DNA of 62,661 nucleotides from Planctomycetota bacterium (GTDB lineage Bacteria; Planctomycetota; MHYJ01; JACQXL01): NCBI GenBank assembly GCA_038059695.1, contig JBBTIZ010000004.1, positions 1 to 62,661 of the forward strand, read 5' to 3'. Shown piece by piece: positions 1 to 9,782 of this stretch (position 1 is its first letter; each line of letters starts with the position of its first letter). The notes under the pieces were generated by a model. It saw only the letters and a program-made list of their open reading frames with translations, ran no database searches and was not told where the DNA came from. The position numbers and the translations under genes were made by a program.

Positions 1-2
1 CC

Positions 3-56
3 TTTGAGGGTTTTGTGGCTCAGCCGGATGCCGATGTCAGCCGTGTGGTCGGTTAA
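3..56 (+). CDS. Possible 3' end of a CDS entering from the left edge (FEGFVAQPDADVSRVVG*)
   Basis: Open frame from the window edge to TAA at 54-56, then AT-rich intergenic DNA; too short to identify. Confidence 0.3.
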   Translation, partial: FEGFVAQPDADVSRVVG

Positions 57-194
57 TTTATATCTCATTGTATGTAATTTAAAAGATAACAACGGGATTA
101 AACAGATTAAACGGACAATTCCAATCTGATAAATCCGCTAAATCCTGTTGTTTTACTTGACTCCAGCAGTATTATATATATTTTATGTAATTAT

Positions 195-782
195 ATGAAG
201 AATATCATAGCGATTATATTTTCCGGCGTATTGCTTGTCGCGGTCACTTCGTGTTCGTCCATTAAGGTGTCGGATATTGCTTCGCCCAATCCGGATTACC
301 GGAAACAGGCTTTAGATGTGATGGCCTCCGACAAAGAACCAGCGCAATACTTCGGGGTGTTTATGGAGGTGCTGGAGAAGGACGGCGATGCTATGGCGCG
401 CGCCCAGGCCGCCTACTACCTGGGTAATTTCCAGCATAAACCGGCCCTTCCTCTCCTGATAAAGGCCACCGAAGACAGCAGTGTTTTTGTCAAGCAGGAA
501 GCGGTCTGGGCCCTGGGCGAGATTAAGGACAACTCGGCCTTGCCCACGCTGCTGACCCTATTGGAAAAGAACAGCAATATTGAAGTCCGCAAACGCGCCG
601 CCGACGGCTTAAAGAAAATCAACGACCCTAAGGCCGTTGACGGATTGATTGAACAACTGGACGACATCAACCAGACCGTGGCTTATGCCGCGCTTCAGGC
701 GCTTAAGGTCATTACCAAACAGGATTTCGGCCGGGACATCAAACAATGGGAAAAATGGCGCGAAGACAAAAAACCCAAATAA
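195..782 (+). CDS. HEAT/PBS-lyase repeat lipoprotein
   Basis: Signal peptide with lipobox-like VTSC; repeated VK/VR..A..ALG.I HEAT units; WEKW C-terminal motif. Confidence 0.8.
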   Translation: MKNIIAIIFSGVLLVAVTSCSSIKVSDIASPNPDYRKQALDVMASDKEPAQYFGVFMEVLEKDGDAMARAQAAYYLGNFQHKPALPLLIKATEDSSVFVKQEAVWALGEIKDNSALPTLLTLLEKNSNIEVRKRAADGLKKINDPKAVDGLIEQLDDINQTVAYAALQALKVITKQDFGRDIKQWEKWREDKKPK

Positions 783-784
783 GA

Positions 785-1342
785 ATGATATCCGCATTTC
801 TGCCCAAGAAAATCAAATATACCGGCAAACAGTTAACCTCGCTCTGGGCCTACAGGAATTTCGGGCTGTTAGGCGATAGCATCGTGGCTTTTATCGGCCC
901 GTGCAATATTTCTTTTAATCTGATGGTGGATGTTGAGGATGTGCGCGGCCGACATAAAATCTATTCATCGCTGATGCTCCATTTTATTGTGGAACACTTC
1001 GACTGCGGCCTGGAAAAGACCGTCTTAAGGCAGAGGATGCTGGCTTGCATCGTTAAGGATACGTTGGAGGAACAGATTAAGCGGCGGTTGAAGCGAATCG
1101 GCGATGATTTATACGACAATGGCCGGAAATTGTCTATCTCCATTGCCACGGCCTCGCCGGTTTCCACGATGATTCACTTCGCGGTTAATATCGAGACCAA
1201 ACGGACGCCGGTCAAGACCGCCGGACTGAATGATTATAAAATAGACCCCAAGCAATTCGGACTGAAAGTAATACAGGCGTACACCGAAGAGATGCAGAGC
1301 GTCAGGCAGGCGCGTTGTAAGGTTTACCCCGTTAGAGATTGA
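785..1342 (+). CDS. DUF366-family protein (lipoate-ligase-like fold)
   Basis: KIKYTGKQL..LWAY, GDSIVAFIGPC, MLHFIVEHF, GDDLY...RKLSISIA; start moved to ATG 785 right after the upstream stop. Confidence 0.7.
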   Translation: MISAFLPKKIKYTGKQLTSLWAYRNFGLLGDSIVAFIGPCNISFNLMVDVEDVRGRHKIYSSLMLHFIVEHFDCGLEKTVLRQRMLACIVKDTLEEQIKRRLKRIGDDLYDNGRKLSISIATASPVSTMIHFAVNIETKRTPVKTAGLNDYKIDPKQFGLKVIQAYTEEMQSVRQARCKVYPVRD

Positions 1343-1484
1343 GATTGTCCGCCAGAGGCGGGTCTGCCTTTGGCATGACTTCGGCCCCCCGAAAGATTTC
1401 GTGGTCCCTCGCAATGACGTCATTGCGACCCCGACGTTATGTCGGGAGGGCAATCTTGTCCCGCGTGACTTGTCTCTAATGGGG
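1327..1484. mobile_element. MITE-like element bounded by CCCC(G/A)TTAGAGA inverted repeats, carrying internal REP hairpins
   Basis: ACCCCGTTAGAGA 1326-1338 versus TCTCTAATGGGGT 1473-1485 (12/13 inverted match); overlaps the last codons of the DUF366 gene. Confidence 0.55.
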
Positions 1485-1500
1485 TTAATTGGATTAAATA

Positions 1501-2262
1501 ATGAATCCTGATAAATCGTCCACCGTCATAGACGCTCCGATGCCTGCGGATACGGAGCGCCCCGTATCGTCCGTGACGCATCGGGACGCCCTGAAAATAT
1601 TCGCCATCTTTCTAATATTTTCGTTTGCCATGAGTTTCGTGAGCCAGACCTTTATAAAAACATCGCCGACCACACCGCTCGGGCTGCTCTACGCGCTATT
1701 TTTCAGCCATATCCTGGGCATCCTGGCGCCGGTTATTATTTATATCTATTCCAAAGGTTGTAATTTCAGGGAGACGCTTAACCTGCGCCCGGTTTCTTTG
1801 CCGGTCTTGCTCATAGTATCTTTAGTCAGTATTATCTTTTTCGTAGCGCTTAATATGTTCCAGGGATTAATCGAGCCGTTGTTCAAGCCCTATGCCAAAG
1901 ATATGATTGTCTATCAGGATTTTTTCATCGGACTGGTCTCGGTCAGCCAATCACCGGTTAATATTTTCCTGCTGGTGCTGGGCATCGGCATAATCCCGGC
2001 TGTGGCCGAGGAGATATTGTTCCGCGGGATAATCCTGAACGGACTGAAGAATTCCTCTACGGCTGCCAAGGCCATAGTTCTTTCGGGACTGCTCTTCGGG
2101 ATAATCCATATCTTACCGCCCCAGGTGATATCCGTCAGCATTTTAGGGATGTTCTTCGGAGTTTTGCTGGTCAAGACCCGTTCAATTATCACTACCATCT
2201 GGTGTCATTTCCTGAATAACACGCTGATAATCCTGATGATGTACGCGCCGCTGACAAGTTAA
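1501..2262 (+). CDS. CPBP (CAAX/Abi) family intramembrane metalloprotease
   Basis: Multiple TM helices; EEILFRG, FGIIH and H..NN motifs. Confidence 0.85.
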   Translation: MNPDKSSTVIDAPMPADTERPVSSVTHRDALKIFAIFLIFSFAMSFVSQTFIKTSPTTPLGLLYALFFSHILGILAPVIIYIYSKGCNFRETLNLRPVSLPVLLIVSLVSIIFFVALNMFQGLIEPLFKPYAKDMIVYQDFFIGLVSVSQSPVNIFLLVLGIGIIPAVAEEILFRGIILNGLKNSSTAAKAIVLSGLLFGIIHILPPQVISVSILGMFFGVLLVKTRSIITTIWCHFLNNTLIILMMYAPLTS

Positions 2263-2429
2263 GTAAGCGGATTAAGCGGATTTCACTGATTAATCTGATT
2301 TAATTCGCTTTCGCCCGCCGAGGCGAGGTCACACCGTGCCCCTGTGGGGTCTCGCCCAGAGGGCGGACGGTCTCTGCGGAGTTCTCTGTGATCACGAAAG
2401 CGAAATCTGTGGCAAATCTGAGTTTGTCT

Positions 2430-2975
2430 TTACGGCAGGAAGACCGCGGCCGCCACGACCGAGGTCCAGCGATGCTTTTCGCCGATGGCTGATTGGGTGT
2501 TGTGCGTGGTCTTGACGATACGATTGCTCAGTTTCCAGATTTCCTTTTTCTTGTCCCAGGCCGCATCCGCATCAAACTCAATGCCCAAGGTGGTAGCCAG
2601 CATTGAGGCGGCCAGGTCTTCGGCATAGTCGCCGGCCAGGTCCTCGGTTTCTCCGAAACTGGAATGTTCCGAAAGGTATCCGAACTGGTTGCGGTCCGAA
2701 GGAATAGCCAGTCCGACTGACGCCGAAATCAGACGGCGGTGTTCGTTAGTGGCGTTGCGGGACAGGACGCAGAAGATGATCTGCCCATCGCGCAGTTTCT
2801 TCAGTCCCCGTTCGCGCGGAATCAGGACGCAGTGGGGCGGGAAGATGCTGGAAACATGAACCAGATTCAGGCGGGCAATCTGGGCATCGCGCAGGGCTTC
2901 CTCAAACGAGGATAGTTCTTCCTTGTGTCGGCCCACGCCTTTGGTCAAAAACACTTCTCTGGGAGTAAAAGACAT
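2430..2975 (-). CDS. pdaD: Pyruvoyl-dependent arginine decarboxylase
   Basis: P..VFLTKGVG, SFE.AL.DA.I..LNLV.VSSI.P (Ser-Ser self-cleavage site), GYLSEH, VAAAVF. Confidence 0.88.
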   Translation of the reverse strand: MSFTPREVFLTKGVGRHKEELSSFEEALRDAQIARLNLVHVSSIFPPHCVLIPRERGLKKLRDGQIIFCVLSRNATNEHRRLISASVGLAIPSDRNQFGYLSEHSSFGETEDLAGDYAEDLAASMLATTLGIEFDADAAWDKKKEIWKLSNRIVKTTHNTQSAIGEKHRWTSVVAAAVFLP

Positions 2976-3033
2976 AGTTTTAAAATCCCCCCTTCCCCCT
3001 TTATAAAAGGGGGAGAGAGGGGGATTTATTCAA

Positions 3034-4674
3034 TTAGTACATGTCCTCGCCGCCGCCGTATCCGCCGCCCTGAGGCATACCCGGCATCTTGTCCTTTTTA
3101 TCGGGTATCTCGCCGATGACTGCTTCGGTGGTCAGCAGCAACGCGGCTACGCTGGAGGCGTTTTCCAGGGCCGAACGGACTACCTTGGTCGGGTCAATGA
3201 TGCCGGCCTTGAACATATCCACATACTCTAACTTGTCGGCATCAAATCCGATATTCATTTTTTCTTCAATCACCCGCTGGACCACGACGGCTCCGTTGGA
3301 GCCGGCGTTATCGGCAATCTGTTTCAGGGGCGCGGCCAGAGCCCGGCGGACGATATCAACTCCGGTGACCATATCGCCGGTTACTTTAAGTTTATCCAGC
3401 GCCTTGAGCGCGCGCAACAGGGCCACGCCGCCGCCCGGGAGGATGCCTTCCTCTACCGCGGCCTTGGTGGCGTGCAGGGCGTCGTCTATGCGGGCCTTCT
3501 TTTCTTTCATCTCAACTTCGGTGGCCGCGCCGACATTAATCTTAGCCACGCCGCCGGTCAGTTTGGCCAGCCGTTCCTGGAGTTTTTCTTTGTCGTAATC
3601 AGAGGTGGTATCTTCCATCTCTTTGCGGATTTGGCTGATGCGGCCCTGGATGTCGGCGGTCTTGCCCGCGCCTTCAATAATCGTGGTGTTCTCTTTGTCA
3701 ATGACCACTTTCTTGGCCTTGCCCAGGTAATCCAGGTCAATCTTTTCCAGGTCAATGCCCAGGTCCTCAAAGATGGCCTTGCCGCCGGTCATAATGGCCA
3801 CATCGTCCATCATGGCTTTCCTGCGGTCGCCGTAACCCGGTGATTTCACGGCCGCTATCTTGAGCGTGCCTCTCAGGCGGTTGACGACTAAAGTAGCCAG
3901 GGCTTCCCCCTCAACGTCTTCGGCCATGATTAACAGGGGCTTGCCGGTCTTGGCAACCTTTTCCAGCAGCGGCAGCATATCCTTGATGGCCGAAATCTTC
4001 TTCTCATAAATCAGGATGTAGCAATCCTCCAGCACCGCCTGCATATTATTCGGGTCGGTGATAAAGTACGGCGAGATATAACCCTTGTCAAACTGCATGC
4101 CTTCGACCCATTCCACATCGGTCTTTAATGATTTGCCTTCTTCAACCGTAATGACGCCGTCCTTGCCGACCTTTTCCATGGCCTCGGCTATCATATTGCC
4201 GATTTCCTTGTCGTTATTGGCGGCGATGGTGCCGACCTGGGAGATTTCTTCCTTGCCCTTGACCTTGACGGACATCTTCTTCAGTTCTTCAACCACGGCT
4301 TCCACGGCCTTTTCAATGCCTTGCTTGAGGGCCATGGGATTGGCCCCGGCCACAACGTTCTTCAAGCCCTCGACAAAGATGGCTTCAGCCAGAACGGTCG
4401 CGGTGGTGGTGCCGTCGCCGGCCACATCGCTGGTCTTGGAAGCGACTTCCTTGACCATCTGGGCGCCCATATTCTCAAAGGTATCCTTGAGTTCGATTTC
4501 TTTGGCTACGGTTACGCCGTCTTTGGTGATGGTCGGCGCTCCGAATTTCCTTTCCAGGATGACATTGCGCCCGCGCGGTCCGAGCGTTACCTTCACGGCC
4601 TTGGCCAGCGCGCTGACCCCGCGCTTGATGGCTTCGCGTGATTCCTGGTCATATATTATTCTCTTTGCTCCCAT
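3034..4674 (-). CDS. groL: Chaperonin GroEL
   Basis: [44 protein letters not shown]-rich tail; start at 4674 with GGAGGT RBS at 4681-4686. Confidence 0.98.
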   Translation of the reverse strand: MGAKRIIYDQESREAIKRGVSALAKAVKVTLGPRGRNVILERKFGAPTITKDGVTVAKEIELKDTFENMGAQMVKEVASKTSDVAGDGTTTATVLAEAIFVEGLKNVVAGANPMALKQGIEKAVEAVVEELKKMSVKVKGKEEISQVGTIAANNDKEIGNMIAEAMEKVGKDGVITVEEGKSLKTDVEWVEGMQFDKGYISPYFITDPNNMQAVLEDCYILIYEKKISAIKDMLPLLEKVAKTGKPLLIMAEDVEGEALATLVVNRLRGTLKIAAVKSPGYGDRRKAMMDDVAIMTGGKAIFEDLGIDLEKIDLDYLGKAKKVVIDKENTTIIEGAGKTADIQGRISQIRKEMEDTTSDYDKEKLQERLAKLTGGVAKINVGAATEVEMKEKKARIDDALHATKAAVEEGILPGGGVALLRALKALDKLKVTGDMVTGVDIVRRALAAPLKQIADNAGSNGAVVVQRVIEEKMNIGFDADKLEYVDMFKAGIIDPTKVVRSALENASSVAALLLTTEAVIGEIPDKKDKMPGMPQGGGYGGGEDMY

Positions 4675-4770
4675 TGTAAAACCTCCATTAGAGCCGGTTA
4701 GTCCTTTGATGAAAATCAAGGGCGTTACCGGGTCTTATGTCCCGATTGAACATCGGGACTGTTTATCTTG

Positions 4771-5058
4771 TTATTCAATAACCGCCAGAATATCCTCTTC
4801 GTTCATAATAAGGAATTCTTTATTGTCAATCTTCACTTCACTGCCGGCAAAAGATGTGAAGATAACCTTCTCGCCTACTTTAACGGACGGCGCCACGCGT
4901 GAGCCGTTGTCCATTAGTTTCCCCTCGCCGATGGCAATGATTTTGCCCTCCTTGGGCTTTTCCTTGGCGTTATCAGGCAGGACGATGCCGCCTTTGGTCT
5001 TGTTTTCCGGTTCGATTCGCTCCACGATGATTTTGTCGCCGATAGGTTTTAGTTTCAT
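4771..5058 (-). CDS. groS: Co-chaperonin GroES
   Basis: [29 protein letters not shown]; directly upstream of groL. Confidence 0.97.
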   Translation of the reverse strand: MKLKPIGDKIIVERIEPENKTKGGIVLPDNAKEKPKEGKIIAIGEGKLMDNGSRVAPSVKVGEKVIFTSFAGSEVKIDNKEFLIMNEEDILAVIE

Positions 5059-5121
5059 TTCTTTTCACCCTTTCTTGCTTACTACAGATGTTAGTTTACC
5101 GCTGACAAACGCGGATTATGC

Positions 5122-5149
5122 ATTATAATGAAATTCATAAGATTGTCAA
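5122..5149 (-). promoter_or_regulatory. sigma70 promoter of groES-groEL
   Basis: TTGACA (5149-5144), 16 bp, TATAAT (5127-5122) on the minus strand. Confidence 0.75.
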
Positions 5150-5406
5150 GGAAAATATTTGGATTGGCGTAAAAATTAGTAGTACGCAGATAAACGCAGA
5201 TTTGGTAGATTTACCGGATTATTTTGTGGTTTGTCTTTCCGCTTTAAACTCTACGCTATACGCTCGGAGTTTACACTGAGCGCAGCGAACTCCTCAGAGA
5301 TTGCGTAGCGAATCTCTCGTGTTTTATCTTTCTCCGTGCCTTCGTCCTTTCATGTTTTCGTGGTAATGTATTCTCTGTGGACTCTGTGCCTCTGTGGCAA
5401 AATTCT

Positions 5407-6642
5407 CTACAACACGGCGCCTTTGGATATGACCACAATCCCGCCCGGGCTGACCGTGAACCGCTTCCGGTCGTCTTCTATATTATACCCGATTTCGGCC
5501 TTCTCCGGAATAATCACGTCCTTGTCAATAATCGCATTCTTGATTTTGGCGTAGCGGCCGACCTGGACGTTCTCAAAGAGAATGGAATTGGCTATCTTGG
5601 AAAAACTATGTATCCGGATATTGGGCGAGAGCACGGAATTGCTGACCTGTCCGCCGCTGATGATGCAGCCCGGCGAGACCATCGAATCGAGAGCCGTGCC
5701 GATGCGGTCCGGCTGCTCGCCGCCGGCAAAGACGAATTTGGGCGGCGGCACCTGCGGAATAGACGTATGGATGGGCCAGTCGCTGTCATACAAATTCAAG
5801 AGCGGCGTGACGCTGACCAAATCCATATTGGCCTGATAATAGGCGTCAATGGTGCCGACATCGCGCCAGTATTTGGATTGCTTTTTGTTCTCGTCTATGA
5901 AATTAAAGGCCAGGGTCTTGTATTTGCCCAGCGACTTGGGGATGATATCGCGCCCGAAATCGTGCGAGCTCTTCTGGTCCTGGTCATCCTCCTGGAGCAA
6001 TTTATAAAGCGCCTGGGTCTTGAAGACATAGATGCCCATTGAGGCCAGGCAGGTATTGGAATTTGTAGGAATGGTTTTTGCCTCTGAGCAGCCGGGTTTT
6101 TCCGCGAAACTGATGATATTGCTATTCCCGTCTATCTGCATTATGCCGTAGAGATTGGCCGCGGCGCGCGGCACCTCAATGGCCGAGACCGTGATATCAG
6201 CCCCGCTGTCCCGGTGGAAGCGCAGGATATTATTGTAGTCCATCTTATAGACATGGTCGCCGGCCAGAATCAGGACGTATTCCGGCTCTTCCTTTTCAAT
6301 GGAATAAAGATTCTGGTGCACCGCGTCAGCCGTGCCCAGATACCAGCGCTCCGAGACCCGCTGCTGGGGCGAGATGGTCTCGATGTATTCGCCCAGGGAC
6401 GAGGACAGGAAATTCCAGCCCTCGCGGATATGGCGGTTAAGCGAGACGCATTTATACTGGACCAGGACGATGATTTTGCGCAGGTTGGAATTAACCGCAT
6501 TGCTCAGGGAAAAGTCAATGATGCGGTAGATGCCGCCGAAAGGCACGGCCGGCTTGGTCCGGTCCCGGGTCAGGGGCTCTAAACGTTCGCCTTTTCCGCC
6601 GGCCAGGACCACCACCATCACCTTCTTAAGCAGTTTTAGCAT
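5407..6642 (-). CDS. glgC: Glucose-1-phosphate adenylyltransferase
   Basis: VLAGGKGERL.PLT..R.KPAVPFGG.YRIIDF, WY.GTADAV, LASMGIYVF, DFG.DIIP, YWRDVGT. Confidence 0.95.
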   Translation of the reverse strand: MLKLLKKVMVVVLAGGKGERLEPLTRDRTKPAVPFGGIYRIIDFSLSNAVNSNLRKIIVLVQYKCVSLNRHIREGWNFLSSSLGEYIETISPQQRVSERWYLGTADAVHQNLYSIEKEEPEYVLILAGDHVYKMDYNNILRFHRDSGADITVSAIEVPRAAANLYGIMQIDGNSNIISFAEKPGCSEAKTIPTNSNTCLASMGIYVFKTQALYKLLQEDDQDQKSSHDFGRDIIPKSLGKYKTLAFNFIDENKKQSKYWRDVGTIDAYYQANMDLVSVTPLLNLYDSDWPIHTSIPQVPPPKFVFAGGEQPDRIGTALDSMVSPGCIISGGQVSNSVLSPNIRIHSFSKIANSILFENVQVGRYAKIKNAIIDKDVIIPEKAEIGYNIEDDRKRFTVSPGGIVVISKGAVL

Positions 6643-6718
6643 AAGTTATATTAGATTAAACCTGATAACAAATGTCAAGGAAAATTGCAACCACAGATGA
6701 ACACAGATTGACACAGAT

Positions 6719-6783
6719 GTCATTCTGAGCCGTAGGCGAAGAATCTCTTCGGAAAGAGACCCTTCACTTCGTTCAGGGTGACA
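6719..6783. repeat. REP-like hairpin element GTCATTCTGAGC...GAAGAATCT...TTCAGGGTGAC
   Basis: Terminal inverted GTCA(T/C)(T/C)CTGA arms; related copy at about 61287-61332. Confidence 0.55.
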
Positions 6784-6874
6784 ATAGTCACTTTGTGCCC
6801 TGGTGTCTTGGTGGTTAATCTTAATATAATTTCCTATAAAGAATCCGCCTGAAAAATACGATAGAAATATCTAA

Positions 6875-6928
6875 CGCTCCGATGCTCACGAGCGGAGCGC
6901 CCCGTATCCCGGCAGGGCATCGGGGCGC
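6875..6928. repeat. Dispersed 54-bp double-hairpin repeat, copy 1 of 3
   Basis: CGCTCCGATGCTCACGAGCGGAGCGCCCCGTATCCC....GGGCATCGGGGCG; near-identical at 41241-41294 and 52910-52964. Confidence 0.9.
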
Positions 6929-6963
6929 AATAATAGTCCTTCAACCTATGAAAGGCCTTATTT

Positions 6964-7314
6964 ATGCCCAAATCGCACAAGCAATCGCCGGACAATACTG
7001 AATTGGTCGACATTGAACTGGATTTATCCGCGGCCAGATTGTGGCAGTATCTCAACGCCAACAAAAGCGCCACCATAAAGAACCTCCAGGCCAACTACGC
7101 GGAAATCATCACCGAGAAACTAAAGAGATTGCTGCCGGCGGAATCTGTAGTCCGACTGGGCATTCGTCTGACCCTGGGCCGGCTCCAGCGCCAGGGCAAG
7201 ATTAAGGTCTTTCACGACGTCTATACCAATCAAGACAAGGTCTGCCTGGCCGGCGACTGGCTGTTCAAGAGCAAATGGATGTCCGCCTTGGAAATCTCGC
7301 CGAATATGCTGTAG
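6964..7314 (+). CDS. Hypothetical winged-helix protein (DUF2582-like pattern)
   Basis: AARLWQYL...LTLGRLQRQGKI resembles the AG.VW.YL...ALGWL.RE.KI pattern. Confidence 0.45.
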   Translation: MPKSHKQSPDNTELVDIELDLSAARLWQYLNANKSATIKNLQANYAEIITEKLKRLLPAESVVRLGIRLTLGRLQRQGKIKVFHDVYTNQDKVCLAGDWLFKSKWMSALEISPNML

Positions 7315-7574
7315 GAATCCCCTCCAGAGGCGGGCAGGCAGAAAGCCAAAGAGAAATAAGTATTCACCAGAAAGAAATACTAACACGCACTAAGCGAAGC
7401 GTGACCACGAAGTGAATCACACGAATAGAACGAATAACACCCCGAAAGCATTCGGGGTGTCATTCGCCATTATTCGTCCCATTCGGGCCTACGCCAGTCG
7501 CCCGACCATACGGTCGCCCGGAGGGGCGTGTTAAAACATTTTTCCACTCGTATCTTGTATCTCGCATCTTGCAT

Positions 7575-7649
7575 CTACACCACATATCCAATCACGTAGG
7601 GATTGAATGTAACGTTTACTACTCCATACGCATCTGTAAAAGCGTATTG
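7575..7649 (-). pseudogene. Orphan 3' end of a fibre-like gene (QYAFTDAYGVVNVTFNPYVIGYVV*)
   Basis: 19 of 24 residues identical to the C-terminus of the 51199-52146 protein, ends in TAG; truncated upstream at 7650. Confidence 0.85.
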
Positions 7650-7716
7650 AATTCAATTCGGGAATTCGGGGGACACCATACTCAATTATTTGACAGGAAG
7701 ATATTTATTATGTAAT

Positions 7717-7810
7717 ATGGCAAGGATAGCATGAGTTATTGTGCCGGATATTCCTCACCACATCACGCAACGCGGTAATCGCAGGCAAGCCACATTCTTT
7801 TCTCCGGTGA
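7717..7810 (+). pseudogene. 5' fragment of REP-associated tyrosine transposase (RAYT, IS200/IS605 superfamily)
   Basis: MARIA*VIVPDIPHHITQRGNRRQATFF; internal TGA at codon 6 and loss of similarity after about 30 codons; TTGACA at 7690-7695 upstream. Confidence 0.7.
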
Positions 7811-7957
7811 CACACACCTCGCCGGCAAACCCCTTATTTCCGCGCCTTTCAAAAGGCAGTTTTTCTAAAACACCTTATTAATCTGTGACTGATTAATTAT
7901 TGGTAGTATACCCCAATCCACCTGATAACTCAACCTTAATCGTTCTTTTTCTTCTTC

Positions 7958-8016
7958 GGTTTTTTCTTGCCTTCCAGCCGGCGTCTGGTGCGCTTATAGG
8001 TCTTTTCCAAATCCAA
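7958..8016. repeat. 59-bp exact direct repeat of 9384-9442 (3' end of the 110-aa ORF)
   Basis: GGTTTTTTCTTGCCTTCCAGCCGGCGTCTGGTGCGCTTATAGGTCTTTTCCAAATCCAA at both sites. Confidence 0.9.
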
Positions 8017-8049
8017 CAGCCCAAGCCATGGACAGCTAATCGGTTTTTC

Positions 8050-8739
8050 TCATAATCGGAGCGTCGAAGCCAATTCTTTGTCCCGTGATTTTTCCAGTCC
8101 GGTTCGTATCTTCGCCTGCCATTTGCCGGGGATAGAACTAAATACATCCTTGATAATGTTTATCTCGCCTTTCTTGACCAGCGCCTTTAAGACCTCAATG
8201 GCGATATTCATATCCTTGGCCGCCTTTTCTTTTCTGGTCCGCCGCTGGAAAATAATCAGTTTGTGCAGGGCGAAGTTGGCCGGATGCGGCACGGTTAACC
8301 GGAAATCGCCCACTTTTACCCGGATGGTGTTGGCGGACAGGAAGCCCAGGAACCTTAATGCCGTGGCATTGATTCCTAATTTCGGAATCGGAAAGGGCTT
8401 GTCTATCCCCCGGCCCTTTTCCGGCACCAGGAACTCCACAATGAGTTCCGGATGGTCCAGTTTGATATATCCCTGGCGGCCTTTATAATCTATGATGAAT
8501 CCCAGGTCTTTGAGCAATTCCGGAATGTTTACCTCGCGACCTATTTTAGACGGCTGGTTTATCAGGAAATCAATGTCTCTGGTTTTTATAGTTGCCTGGT
8601 CAAGGTAGGGAACTCCGGTAAAATAGTCCTGATAAAAATAGACGCACCAACTGCCGACAAGGATAATATCATCCAGGATGCCGGCTTTATGGAACCGGCC
8701 CAGTATGGCCCGGCACAAATCATACTGTTTCTTTTCCAC
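8050..8739 (-). CDS. Nucleotidyltransferase-fold protein (GSU2403/NTP_transf_8-like), putative type IV TA toxin
   Basis: ILVGSW motif, T.D.D motif (TRDIDF), VEFL, P.P..FALHKL. Confidence 0.75.
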   Translation of the reverse strand: MEKKQYDLCRAILGRFHKAGILDDIILVGSWCVYFYQDYFTGVPYLDQATIKTRDIDFLINQPSKIGREVNIPELLKDLGFIIDYKGRQGYIKLDHPELIVEFLVPEKGRGIDKPFPIPKLGINATALRFLGFLSANTIRVKVGDFRLTVPHPANFALHKLIIFQRRTRKEKAAKDMNIAIEVLKALVKKGEINIIKDVFSSIPGKWQAKIRTGLEKSRDKELASTLRL

Positions 8740-9040
8740 GCAAAGAAATCCTCAAAAACCTTATCTGTTTTTTCACCTGGGACAATAATCCGCGGTATTT
8801 TGCCCGGAGCAGTTTTGCCTGCTGGTATTTCTTTATTTCGCCGGCCGCCATCTTGCCCCGGTAAATATATTTGACTTTCTTACCGGCTCTTTTAACCAGA
8901 TAATAATACCGGCGGCCTTTTATTTCCCGCGCCGCCAGGCACCCCTGGGGCAGTTTCCCCAGGGCGGCTTGGTAGCCCCGGGCCATCCGGAGGGAATTCC
9001 CCAGTTCCTCGGCCAAAACCCCTTTTATCACTCCGCGCAT
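8720..9040 (-). CDS. Small basic partner protein (putative DNA-binding antitoxin)
   Basis: GGAGGA RBS before ATG 9040; LP.G.L....IKGRRYYYLV...KKVKYIY.GK; overlaps the NTase start. Confidence 0.65.
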   Translation of the reverse strand: MRGVIKGVLAEELGNSLRMARGYQAALGKLPQGCLAAREIKGRRYYYLVKRAGKKVKYIYRGKMAAGEIKKYQQAKLLRAKYRGLLSQVKKQIRFLRISLRGKETV

Positions 9041-9082
9041 AAATTCCTCCCCGCCCGGACGAACACCCATTCGGACGGGCTA

Positions 9083-9176
9083 TTACCTAACAAGTTGATT
9101 GATACTATACATTGTTGGGTAACAGTTGTCAAGGAATTACCTAACAAACACTAAAAATACCTTATTTGTTGGGTAA
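9083..9176 (-). promoter_or_regulatory. sigma70 promoter overlapped by two identical-arm palindromic operators
   Basis: TTACCTAACAA-N18-TTGTTGGGTAA at 9083-9122 and 9137-9176; TTGACA 9132-9127, 17 bp, TATAGT 9109-9104. Confidence 0.8.
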
Positions 9177-9364
9177 CTGCGCTCAACTCAATTCGGCTGC
9201 CTCATTTCCTTTGAGCCAACCATTTCGTTAATCACATCCCCCTTACCCCCCTTTATTAAGGGGGTATTCTCCATCTGTGTTAATCTGTGAAAGCACCCGG
9301 TGCGCTTTAGCCGCTGGCTAAATGCTACCGACCATCCCGATATCCATCGGGAAGGGCTGTGGTT

Positions 9365-9697
9365 TCACGCGCCTTTCTTCCTGGGTTTTTTCTTGCCTTC
9401 CAGCCGGCGTCTGGTGCGCTTATAGGTCTTTTCCAAATCCAATATCCAGTGGCTGATGTTGTTCGGGTCCTCGGTCAGGTCCGCGGCCATGGCCTTGAGC
9501 ACCCCGTTACACCGGTCCAGCGATTGCATGCGCAATAACTCCTTGGAGCCCGGGAAGCCCAGGCACTTGATGGCCCGGAATACGCCGATTAAGAATTTCC
9601 GGAATCCCTGGTGCTTGCGCTCGGATAAGTCCGAGGACAATTCGCCGTCGTTCTTGGCCTGGAATATGTCAAATGAATCCTTGTTGTCGTCTTTCAT
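9365..9697 (-). CDS. Hypothetical protein (110 aa, basic C-terminus)
   Basis: ORF track; its 3' end is duplicated at 7958-8016. Confidence 0.55.
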   Translation of the reverse strand: MKDDNKDSFDIFQAKNDGELSSDLSERKHQGFRKFLIGVFRAIKCLGFPGSKELLRMQSLDRCNGVLKAMAADLTEDPNNISHWILDLEKTYKRTRRRLEGKKKPRKKGA

Positions 9698-9782
9698 TCA
9701 ATACAATTTCTAACACGAATCAGACGAATATTACGAATCACACGAATAAGAAATCCATTCGTGTCATTCGCTCCAATTCGTG

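Noticed and set aside
4085-5128. 347-aa plus-strand ORF and the many other long antisense or alternative-frame ORFs in the track (for example 57868-58614, 11162-11704, 51213-51836)
   Set aside because: Shadows of well-supported genes on the opposite strand or frame; no motifs or RBS
5060-5160. CIRCE element upstream of groES
   Set aside because: TTAGCACTC-N9-GAGTGCTAA not found
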